From contig JAWODC010000028.1 in the NCBI GenBank assembly GCA_046483495.1, forward strand, positions 1 to 36,626: a DNA stretch of 36,626 nucleotides, in the 5' to 3' direction. A program made the translations under genes and the position numbers. This document shows, piece by piece, positions 20,514 to 28,003 of the stretch. How positions within the stretch are numbered: the first letter of the stretch is position 1; each line of letters starts with the position of its first letter. The notes below the pieces were generated by a model. It saw nothing but the letters and a program-made list of their open reading frames with translations. It was not told the DNA's origin and ran no database searches. This DNA comes from Desulfobacterales bacterium. Lineage in GTDB: Bacteria > Desulfobacterota > Desulfobacteria > Desulfobacterales > UBA5616.

Positions 20514-21263
20514 ATGATAATATCGGAGAGGGTTTCAATGGATGAGGATAAATTGAGGTCGATGCTGCTGGAAGATGCGGCACTTAGGCCGGTCGAGGCA
20601 AATATCTACTCGGTTTTGCCGAACGATGAAACCGGCAATGCCTATGACAGCCGGTTCGGGTTTATATATGACATGGTGGCATGCAATTCCATCTATAACC
20701 GGCTGATCTGGGGATATTCGGTGGACATATTCCGTCGTATGGCGAATGATGCGCTTCGATCTTCATCCGAAGGCAATGTGCTGGATCTGGCCTGCGGTTC
20801 CCTTGCATTTACTGCCAAAGCCTACAGCCGATATGGCGACCGGCCCGTGATCCTGATGGATCAGTCGCTCAAAATGCTAAGGATCGCAAAATCCAGGCTG
20901 ACAGCACAAGGCGGCAGCCTTGCTGGAAATCTAGTGTTTCTTCATTCAGATGCATCCTGTCTCCCGTTTAAAGAAAACGCATTCACTACAATTCTTTCAG
21001 AAAATCTGCTGCACTGCCTCGATGATACGACGCCGCTGCTGAACCAGCTGAAAACCATTTTAGCGGGCAACGGAAAAATATTTTTTACGACCCTGGTAAA
21101 AAACGGCCGTTGGGCTGACATATACCTTCAGGCATTGGCAGCCGGCGGCAAGTTGATTTCGAGATCCGAGGACGACCACAAAGAGATTTTCAGGGGGGTC
21201 GGCCTGGCCGCAAAGTATGAGACGATCGGCAATCTTTTGTCGATCGAATGCGAACCCCAATAA
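20514..21263 (+). CDS. Class I SAM-dependent methyltransferase
   Basis: VLDLACGS, DQSLKML, DASCLPF. Alternative start at 20538. Confidence 0.85.
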   Translation: MIISERVSMDEDKLRSMLLEDAALRPVEANIYSVLPNDETGNAYDSRFGFIYDMVACNSIYNRLIWGYSVDIFRRMANDALRSSSEGNVLDLACGSLAFTAKAYSRYGDRPVILMDQSLKMLRIAKSRLTAQGGSLAGNLVFLHSDASCLPFKENAFTTILSENLLHCLDDTTPLLNQLKTILAGNGKIFFTTLVKNGRWADIYLQALAAGGKLISRSEDDHKEIFRGVGLAAKYETIGNLLSIECEPQ

Positions 21264-21338
21264 TATCGGCGCAAGGCCTTCTTCACCTGATGAGAAAAGC
21301 GCCAAGAACCGGTAATGAACCTTGCCTTGTCCCGGGAG

Positions 21339-21923
21339 ATGAAAAAGCAGCCGACCATCGAAACGAAACGCTTGATTCTCCGGCCCTTTGCCGTCACCGA
21401 TGCCGCGGATGTCCAGCGGCTGGCCGGTGACCGGGCCATAGCGGATACGACTGTCAATGTCCCGCATCCCTATGAGGACGGTTTTGCCGAATCCTGGATC
21501 GGCACCCATCGATTGAATTTCGACAACGGCACGGACGTTCACTTCGCGATCACGATTAAACCTGACGGCCAACTTGTCGGCGCAATCAGTTTGATGGGAA
21601 TGGTCTCCGGGCATCAGGCCGAACTGGGATACTGGATCGGGAAGCCTTACTGGAACCGGGGATACTGCACAGAGGCAAGCTGTGCTGTACTGGCGCACGC
21701 CTTTTCAAAGCTGGGCCTGATTCGGGTTCATGCATGCCATTTTGCTGGAAACCCGGCATCCGGCCGCGTTTTGCAGAAGATCGGCATGGCATACGAGGGA
21801 TGCCGTCGGCATCACGTCCGGAAATGGGACAAGCCGGTAAACCTCGAGATGTACGGAATCCTTGAAGCGGAATGGTTCGGATCGTACAACGCATTCACCG
21901 GTGATGGGGATCAGCGCGACTGA
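21339..21923 (+). CDS. GNAT N-acetyltransferase, RimJ/RimL family
   Basis: ETKRLILRPF, AELGYWIGKPYWNRGY.TEA, NPASGRVLQKIGM; GGGAG RBS. Confidence 0.92.
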   Translation: MKKQPTIETKRLILRPFAVTDAADVQRLAGDRAIADTTVNVPHPYEDGFAESWIGTHRLNFDNGTDVHFAITIKPDGQLVGAISLMGMVSGHQAELGYWIGKPYWNRGYCTEASCAVLAHAFSKLGLIRVHACHFAGNPASGRVLQKIGMAYEGCRRHHVRKWDKPVNLEMYGILEAEWFGSYNAFTGDGDQRD

Positions 21924-22018
21924 GTTCGATCCCTTGCGCCAGGTTTAATGTGAAAAGGCGTACCATTGAATATCTATGAATACTTATCTGCGAACCCTTC
22001 CAATCAAGGAGGAAGCAC

Positions 22019-22549
22019 ATGCCTTATGAAAAGCTGATGCAGCCGGTCAACATGAACCTGATTTCAGTGACACAACGCCTGAAAGTAGCGGAAGTAACCA
22101 TCGATGACATTGATTTGTTGTATCAATTGACGGGGAATAAAGATGTGATGAGGTACTTTCCGAAAATACTGAGCTATGATGAAACCAAACAAATGATCCG
22201 CAAAATTCTGGATCATTACAAGAAATACGGATATTGCTTTTGGAAAGTCTTGTTAAAACCAAAGGATGAATTTATAGGTATTGCCGGTCTGCTTCATCAA
22301 AAGATTGATGGTAAAGTGGAGACAGAGATCGCTTTTCGAATTAGTCCGGAACATTGGAACAATGATTATGCAACCGAGGCGGCCAAGGCATGCAAGGACT
22401 ATGGTGAAACTGTCTTGAGGAAAAAGAAATTCATCTCATTGATTCATCCCAAGAATAACGCCTCTAAACGGGTAGCGCAAAAACTCGGAGCCAAAAGATC
22501 AAGATCAGTAATATTCATGGGGCATGAACACGAGGTCTATGTTTATTAG
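22019..22549 (+). CDS. GNAT N-acetyltransferase, RimJ/RimL family
   Basis: FIGIAGL, EIAF...HWNNDYATEAA, ISLIHPKNNAS.RVAQKLG. Confidence 0.9.
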   Translation: MPYEKLMQPVNMNLISVTQRLKVAEVTIDDIDLLYQLTGNKDVMRYFPKILSYDETKQMIRKILDHYKKYGYCFWKVLLKPKDEFIGIAGLLHQKIDGKVETEIAFRISPEHWNNDYATEAAKACKDYGETVLRKKKFISLIHPKNNASKRVAQKLGAKRSRSVIFMGHEHEVYVY

Positions 22550-22611
22550 ACATAACCTTGCAGTCCAAGGGACAGCAAGGGCCGAGCCGCTATGAAAAAT
22601 AGTGCGTAAAC

Positions 22612-22676
22612 ATATAACCACCGCCCCCACGCGGACCCCGCAAAAAGTGCGGGTCCGGTGAGGCGGAACGTTAGCA
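22612..22676 (+). repeat. Integron attC site
   Basis: ATATAAC...GTTAGCA enclosing an imperfect palindrome CCGCCCCCAC-G-CGGACCCCGCA / TGCGGGTCCG-GTGAGGCGG with an extrahelical G; 65 bp. Confidence 0.75.
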
Positions 22677-22721
22677 TTCGATCGACAGCCCTATTCTTGC
22701 CTGGCTAAGGAGTAATGGTCA

Positions 22722-23072
22722 ATGAACGGCAGCAATTTGTATCGGCCTACCGAACAGTTTGCAAAAAAATTGGAGAAGGTAAAGCAATCCGACCCTCTTG
22801 GTTATAAACGGATCCTAAAGGTTGTGGAACGCCTGATCGCAGAACCTGACGAGGCAGATGGTAAAATGCATGGGCTTTATCAGGGACGTTACAAAAAATA
22901 TGTGGGCAGGAAGGATTACCGGGTCATTTATTATTGGTGCAAATTGTGTCGCAAAGAGAACCGTCGATTGGAAAAAGAATGCAATGATTGTCAGATCATT
23001 CCAGACAATAGCGTAATCTTCTTTGACCTTTATCATAAAAATGAAATGAAAAAATTCAAGAAAAACAGTTAA
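22722..23072 (+). CDS. Hypothetical basic protein, RelE/ParE-like fold with CxxC...CxxC insert; integron cassette ORF
   Basis: TEQFAKKLEK...VGRKDYRVIY...VIFFDLYHK pattern; TAAGGAG RBS; flanked by attC cores. Confidence 0.6.
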   Translation: MNGSNLYRPTEQFAKKLEKVKQSDPLGYKRILKVVERLIAEPDEADGKMHGLYQGRYKKYVGRKDYRVIYYWCKLCRKENRRLEKECNDCQIIPDNSVIFFDLYHKNEMKKFKKNS

Positions 23073-23095
23073 AGGAACTTAATCCTGACGAAAAG

Positions 23096-23144
23096 TGCCA
23101 ACATTGGGAATTCAGCCGACGAAAAAAACCGCGCAACGTTCATG
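23096..23144 (+). repeat. Internally deleted attC remnant
   Basis: TGCCAAC...ATTCAGCCGACGAAAAAAACCGCGC...GTT with the right arm missing. TGCCAAC matches the reverse complement of the upstream GTTAGCA at 6/7. Confidence 0.55.
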
Positions 23145-23222
23145 ATTAAAATGGATCAAGGAGCGAACGAAAAATGTATATATTACCAGCATGGAGTCAT
23201 AAAGAACAGTCGGAGGTTTAAC

Positions 23223-23594
23223 GTGTCCTCAAAGAAAGCCGGCAACATCAAGGGGAGTGTGGCAGAGGCAATTCGTATACGGAAAGAACGAGAAAAAAGT
23301 TATCGGGAACGTGCTCTCAAAATGTTTCCCAAAATTTGCGCGCGGTGCGGAAGAGAATTCAGCGGAAAGCATTTGCGTGAGCTCACAGTACACCATAAAG
23401 ATCACAATCATGACAATAATCCTCCTGATGGAAGCAACTGGGAGCTTTTGTGCATTTATTGTCACGAAAATGAACATACACGTCAACAGGTTGCCGATGC
23501 TTATGCTGGAAAGCCCGGCGATGAATACCCGGATGATAGCTTAATGCATAGTCCTTTTGCAGAATTAGCGGACTTAATAAAAAATAAGAAATAG
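23223..23594 (+). CDS. yajD: YajD family HNH nuclease
   Basis: YRERALKMFP.IC.RCGREF...LRELTVHHKDHNHDNNPPDGSNWELLC.YCH.NEH; GTG start after GGAGG. Confidence 0.88.
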   Translation: MSSKKAGNIKGSVAEAIRIRKEREKSYRERALKMFPKICARCGREFSGKHLRELTVHHKDHNHDNNPPDGSNWELLCIYCHENEHTRQQVADAYAGKPGDEYPDDSLMHSPFAELADLIKNKK

Positions 23595-23687
23595 ATTTAC
23601 AAAAAGGTCCGGTATTTGGCGGTTCTGAAGTGCTGTCGTTAATGATGTTCTATGTATCCTTTAAACCGAGTTCGAGCGAGGATTACC

Positions 23688-24509
23688 ATGAAAATTCTAC
23701 TGTGTTATTTCAGTGCCACCGGAAACACGGCTACCATTGCCAAAGCCATTGGGACCCGCTTACAGATACTTGGGGCCGATGTGGATACCAGGGACATGAC
23801 GATTGCCTCCGCACGCGAGAAAAATTTGGATCCGGCGTCCTGCCAGGCAGCCGTATTCGGATCGCCCATTCACTCCATGCGGTCACCACGGGTGTTCCGG
23901 GAATGGTTGGCCAAGCTGGATGGAAACGGCATGAAATGCGCCATGTTTTTTACTTACGGCGGGTTTCAGGTTCACCCGACTCATTCCACAACATGTGAAA
24001 TATTGGAAAAGAGCAACTTCAAAGTTGTGGCATCGGCCGAATTCCTGGGAGCCCATACGTTCAACCTGGGCGGCTTTCAGGCAATGGCGGACAGACCCGA
24101 TGATTCCGATCTGGCTGTGGCCGAGGAATACGCAGATCGTATATACGACCGTTTCACGGGCAAGGATCCGGGTAAGGTCAAGGATTTGGACCCCGGGCCG
24201 TATACGGAAACGGAACTCGACAATTTTGAAAATTTCCGGTTTATGGCCGTGAATAAGCTGCCCACTCGCGATGGAGCCGAATGCCGGATGTGCATGCTGT
24301 GCGAAGAAATGTGCCCCACCGGCGCAATGGATGCGGAAATCGGTGATGTGGACAAGGACAAGTGCATAGTTTGCCTGCGGTGCGTCAAGGATTGCCCGGA
24401 CGAGGTCCTGGTGATTAATGACCTTACACCGATTTTTCAGAAAAAAATGGAGGCGGATAAGGAAACGCCGGATACGTTGAGGGCGAAGAAAAGCAAGATG
24501 TATTTGTAG
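23688..24509 (+). CDS. EFR1-family flavodoxin-ferredoxin fusion
   Basis: YFSATGNT flavodoxin loop; CRMCMLCEEMCP and CIVCLRCVKDCP. Confidence 0.88.
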   Translation: MKILLCYFSATGNTATIAKAIGTRLQILGADVDTRDMTIASAREKNLDPASCQAAVFGSPIHSMRSPRVFREWLAKLDGNGMKCAMFFTYGGFQVHPTHSTTCEILEKSNFKVVASAEFLGAHTFNLGGFQAMADRPDDSDLAVAEEYADRIYDRFTGKDPGKVKDLDPGPYTETELDNFENFRFMAVNKLPTRDGAECRMCMLCEEMCPTGAMDAEIGDVDKDKCIVCLRCVKDCPDEVLVINDLTPIFQKKMEADKETPDTLRAKKSKMYL

Positions 24510-24578
24510 ATGAGAAGCGGGAGCTGTCAAACATGCTCGTCTCGCTCCTTCCGCGCGTCGTGTGCTCACTCTATCCAT

Positions 24579-24767
24579 TCACAAAAGCAGATGCCTTCCG
24601 GATCCGCACCCAACGTCCAGTATGCTGGAACAGGCTTCCAGGTGTTTCACAAGGGGCTCCAGAAACGAAGACGGATCGATGGTGAAGGTCCTGCGGTGAT
24701 ATTCGAGAAAATTTCTCTGATAAAGGTCACCGTCTGTTTGTGGATCTGCCGGATGTTCGACGGTCAT
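24579..24767 (-). pseudogene. Truncated class I SAM methyltransferase
   Basis: Ends just after motif I (ILDVGCGSGR) at 62 aa. Confidence 0.75.
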
Positions 24768-24828
24768 GGCTTTGCCTTTCAGGTCTATTTGCCTTTCTGT
24801 CGAGATTTTTTAAAGTCTATAGGACTTT

Positions 24829-24855
24829 GGGGACCTTCGTGCAGAAAGTGCAGAG
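24829..24855 (+). repeat. Left-type element end GGGGACCTTCGTGCAGAAAGTGC
   Basis: Near-identical to 32106-32127. Confidence 0.8.
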
Positions 24856-24923
24856 GAAATTGACAGGATCCTCTTCGCCCCTGAATGCGTTCTATTCTTC
24901 ATTATTCCCAAATTAAAAAATCC

Positions 24924-25267
24924 TCAGATATTGCTCATGCGCGGGTCCGCTTTTCGCTCCAGTGCACTGCGGTCCCAATCGGCGAGATCGGCCTCTGCTT
25001 GATAGGTACTCTGCAAGAAATCCAACAGCACGGTATCGGGTTCGCCGGCCGTCCGCACGGCTTCGTAAGGCAATATGAATTCTCTGAGCTCCTTGTGGTA
25101 ATAGGCGGCTTCCGGTTGAACGGCAAACTCGCCAAAGCCGACCGGTTCCGGATAGGCATATGCATAAAAGGCAGCCTCGCCCAAGCCTGCACCCGGCCAG
25201 AAACCGGCGCTTGAAATTGCCACTGATCCAGTGGCAACCTCGGCCATGGTTCGTTTTTTATGGTCAT
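24924..25267 (-). pseudogene. DUF5996-family gene with a large internal deletion
   Basis: N-terminal MTIKNEPWPRLPLDQWQ is joined out of frame to C-terminal SSAGFWPG...AFYAYAYPEP.GF...EFILPYEAVR...FLQSTY...WDRSALE. Confidence 0.72.
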
Positions 25268-25403
25268 CCCATTTCCCTTTTTTTCTATTGGTTATAGGGA
25301 AAATATGAGATTAGTTTTCAACAACGTCAATGGTTTTTTTTGGAGATATTGCCCCTTCCTGCAGGTATCTTCTCAACGTTGCGCGAGATGTCCCGGCCAA
25401 TTA

Positions 25404-25463
25404 AGCAGTTTCTGACCTGCAAAAAAATCAAGTGAAGTGATAGCAGGGTCGCTTATCAGATCG
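25404..25463 (+). repeat. ~60-bp imperfect direct repeat, copy 1
   Basis: AGCA.TTCTG.CCT.CAAAA.AAATCAA.TGAAG.TGATAGCAG.GTCGCTTA.C.GATCG, shared with 27884-27945. Confidence 0.75.
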
Positions 25464-25466
25464 TTT

Positions 25467-26699
25467 TTATTTAAAACATTCGGTTATTTTCAACCTCTGA
25501 TCGATATCCTTGCCGATATTTTCGGCATCCTTTTCCGGAACATTATAATTATGGAAGACTTCGGGCCATTTCGATACAGCCCTGTGTGTCTCGGCAATGA
25601 TTTCCATTGACAGTTGACGCTTTTTTATCCCAAAATGTTTTGCCTCGGCAAGAAGCGTTTCAGCATTCGGCGGCCGGGTATCCAGGCCGATTCGGAGAAC
25701 GTGTTCCCGGTAAAATCCGATGTTCGGCACTAAATCGAAGGCGGGGCTCAGGCGCCAACCGTTGTCGTCGTGCAGCATGATGAAGTTTTTCAGATGATCG
25801 TCGGTATTGCCGATCATGGTATTGAATACCATCTGTCGGTAAATTCTGTTTAGATCACGTTTTGGTTGTGATGAAATGTGCTTAATTACGTCCGTCAGGT
25901 CCTTGTATCCCGCATTGTAATAGCCATCAGCCTTGAGCAGTGAGTGCATGCTGATCAAGTGATTGCGGCCGCCGGCTTCGTTGATGTCGAAACGCTTCAC
26001 CAGCAGACATTTTAGTGCTGCACCCAGGGGGATCAAAAGGGTATCGGCTGTTTCGATTCCTGACATGCGACCCAGTTCCATAGATGCGGCCTCGAGACTT
26101 ACCACGTCCAACCGGTCTTTGTGACCGGCAAACTTTGCCAGGTATGCTTCCTTTTCGTCATTCACGAGTGCCTTGGGGCGGGCGCCGCCCGGTGAACTGC
26201 CTGCTTGAAACAACAAAAAGAGTTCATTGTCGGATACAGTTGCGGGCTCCCTTTCGAACTGTTGTGCAAGCAATGCCAGCTCCTGTAGATGCTCGTTGGA
26301 AACCCCGGTTGTTTTCACTTCAGGCCTGCCTACCTCGACGTAACTCAAGGCCCCCAAGCCCTGGTTGCCCAGCAACTTCAATAAATGGGGAACACGCTGC
26401 TCGGTGCGGCCCAGCTTATGGCGGCGGATCATGAGCTTACGTCCCCAGTCATCGGGCAGGCTGTCTTCAAAAACACCATGAATACCTTCACGCGGCCGGT
26501 TCGCTTCAAAGACTTCTGTGGACAATGACAAGTGAAGGGGATCAAGCGGGAAAGCTCGCGGGTGCCCCAGGTACTCGGATGTGTAGCGAAACTGTCCCTG
26601 CAACTCCCCTTTGACAGGATCGGGGTCTCCGACAACCAGAGAGCCGGTCTTAACGCTTTCTCCTGATGGTAGGGTCAGCCAAACATCGAGTCGAATCAT
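25467..26699 (-). CDS. hipA: HipA family kinase toxin
   Basis: DSLPDDWGR, GSSPGGARPK, LLVKRFD, GNTDDHLKNF, LSPAFDL. Confidence 0.93.
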   Translation of the reverse strand: MIRLDVWLTLPSGESVKTGSLVVGDPDPVKGELQGQFRYTSEYLGHPRAFPLDPLHLSLSTEVFEANRPREGIHGVFEDSLPDDWGRKLMIRRHKLGRTEQRVPHLLKLLGNQGLGALSYVEVGRPEVKTTGVSNEHLQELALLAQQFEREPATVSDNELFLLFQAGSSPGGARPKALVNDEKEAYLAKFAGHKDRLDVVSLEAASMELGRMSGIETADTLLIPLGAALKCLLVKRFDINEAGGRNHLISMHSLLKADGYYNAGYKDLTDVIKHISSQPKRDLNRIYRQMVFNTMIGNTDDHLKNFIMLHDDNGWRLSPAFDLVPNIGFYREHVLRIGLDTRPPNAETLLAEAKHFGIKKRQLSMEIIAETHRAVSKWPEVFHNYNVPEKDAENIGKDIDQRLKITECFK

Positions 26700-27010
26700 A
26701 TCTTTCTCTTTCGTTTGCCGCCGGCCCTTTGACGTTTACTGCTTTTTTTCTCGAACTCAGCAAACAGGTCTTCCTTCTCGGCCAGTATATTTTTCCAATC
26801 GTCGAGCCTGCCGAGAATGCTGCTCGCAGCCAACCAGTTGCCGATCATGGTCTGTAAAGAGCCTTTTTCCATCAGGCTGTAAGACTGGCGGGTCAGGCCG
26901 ATTCGCTGAGCGAACAGCTCCTGGCTTTCGTTCCGAGACAGGCGCGCCTCTTTCAACCGTTGTCCGAGTTGTTTCAAAAGCGACTCGATATCGATATTAT
27001 CGTTAAACAT
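26696..27010 (-). CDS. XRE HTH protein, HipB-like antitoxin
   Basis: LGQRLKEARL...SQ..FAQRIGLTRQSYS.MEKG; ATGA overlap with hipA. Confidence 0.85.
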   Translation of the reverse strand: MFNDNIDIESLLKQLGQRLKEARLSRNESQELFAQRIGLTRQSYSLMEKGSLQTMIGNWLAASSILGRLDDWKNILAEKEDLFAEFEKKSSKRQRAGGKRKRKI

Positions 27011-27153
27011 ATTTTACCTTATATATCTAATTACGATACAATGTAAAGTATTTTTTACTTATAAAATTGGGCGTGCCGTCGAAAAGTGATTGGGAATGAA
27101 TTTTTTACAGGGACATGGGTCTGTAGCCGTCCAAACTAATGTCGTGGATATAA

Positions 27154-27501
27154 TTACTTATTATCCTGAAGAATTTGTTTGATCTTTTCCTTTAAAATCG
27201 GGATATCATCCCTTGCCGTCAACCAAACCGTATCAATATCAACACCAAAATAATCATGTATTAATTTATCCCTCATTCCTGAAATGTCCTACCAAGGTAT
27301 TTCAGGATACTCTGAACGTAATTCCTTAGAAACCCGTTTTGTCGCTTCTCCAATAATTTCGATTTGACGAATAACACCATCTTGAAGAAGAGGATTTCGA
27401 CCGAAGTCAACGGGCGTGATTCCCTGCAAATAAAAATCTATACGGTCGCAGGCATCACGAATGTGGTTCAGATATAATGTATTATCCCGCTTCTGCTTCA
27501 T
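27154..27501 (-). pseudogene. hepT: HepT/DUF86 HEPN ribonuclease toxin interrupted by one amber codon
   Basis: EIIGEA...PEIPW*(TAG 27289-27291)DISGMRDKLIHDYFGVD...; frame continues to TAA at 27154. The RX4HXY motif lies after the stop. Confidence 0.85.
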
Positions 27502-27775
27502 AGATGACTGTAAGTTCCTTAAGTATTCTGTCCTTTAGGTATGGACTAATGGCGCCTTCGGTTATCAAATCCACTTTTTTGCCAAGAGCTTCGGTAAGAT
27601 TTCTTTCGAGCTTCACAAGGGAGAGAAGGCTTTTGGGTTTGGACAATTGTACTAATAGATCGATATCGCTGGATTCTGTGGCCTCACCCCGGGACCTTGA
27701 TCCAAACAGCCCTATTCGGGAAATATCATTTTTCCTGCAAATATCTATGATTTTATCTTGATCGGCTTTATTCAT
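27482..27775 (-). CDS. mntA: Minimal nucleotidyltransferase antitoxin (MntA family)
   Basis: LFGSRSRGEA...SDIDLLV and LGKKVDL; overlaps the HEPN gene. Confidence 0.9.
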   Translation of the reverse strand: MNKADQDKIIDICRKNDISRIGLFGSRSRGEATESSDIDLLVQLSKPKSLLSLVKLERNLTEALGKKVDLITEGAISPYLKDRILKELTVIYEAEAG

Positions 27776-27883
27776 AACCTTTGTCCGATAACTGTAAATG
27801 GCATGGCTCGGGTATCCTGCCGCAGTTGGCTGATTTCATCAGTGGCATGAAAGTTGATCTATATCAATATCTTGGAAAAACAT

Positions 27884-27945
27884 AGCAATTCTGCCCTACA
27901 AAACAAATCAAATGAAGTTTGATAGCAGAGTCGCTTACCGGATCG
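27884..27945 (+). repeat. ~60-bp imperfect direct repeat, copy 2
   Basis: Matches 25404-25463. Confidence 0.75.
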
Positions 27946-27954
27946 CTGAAATTG

Positions 27955-28002
27955 TGAATGCTCTGCACGAACGTCCCCTATCTTGGACGTCCCCTATCTT
28001 GG
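27955..28002 (+). repeat. Right-type element end plus 16-bp tandem duplication
   Basis: TGAATGCTCTGCACGAACGTCCCC; (ACGTCCCCTATCTTGG)x2 at 27971-28002. Confidence 0.85.
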
Positions 28003-28003
28003 A

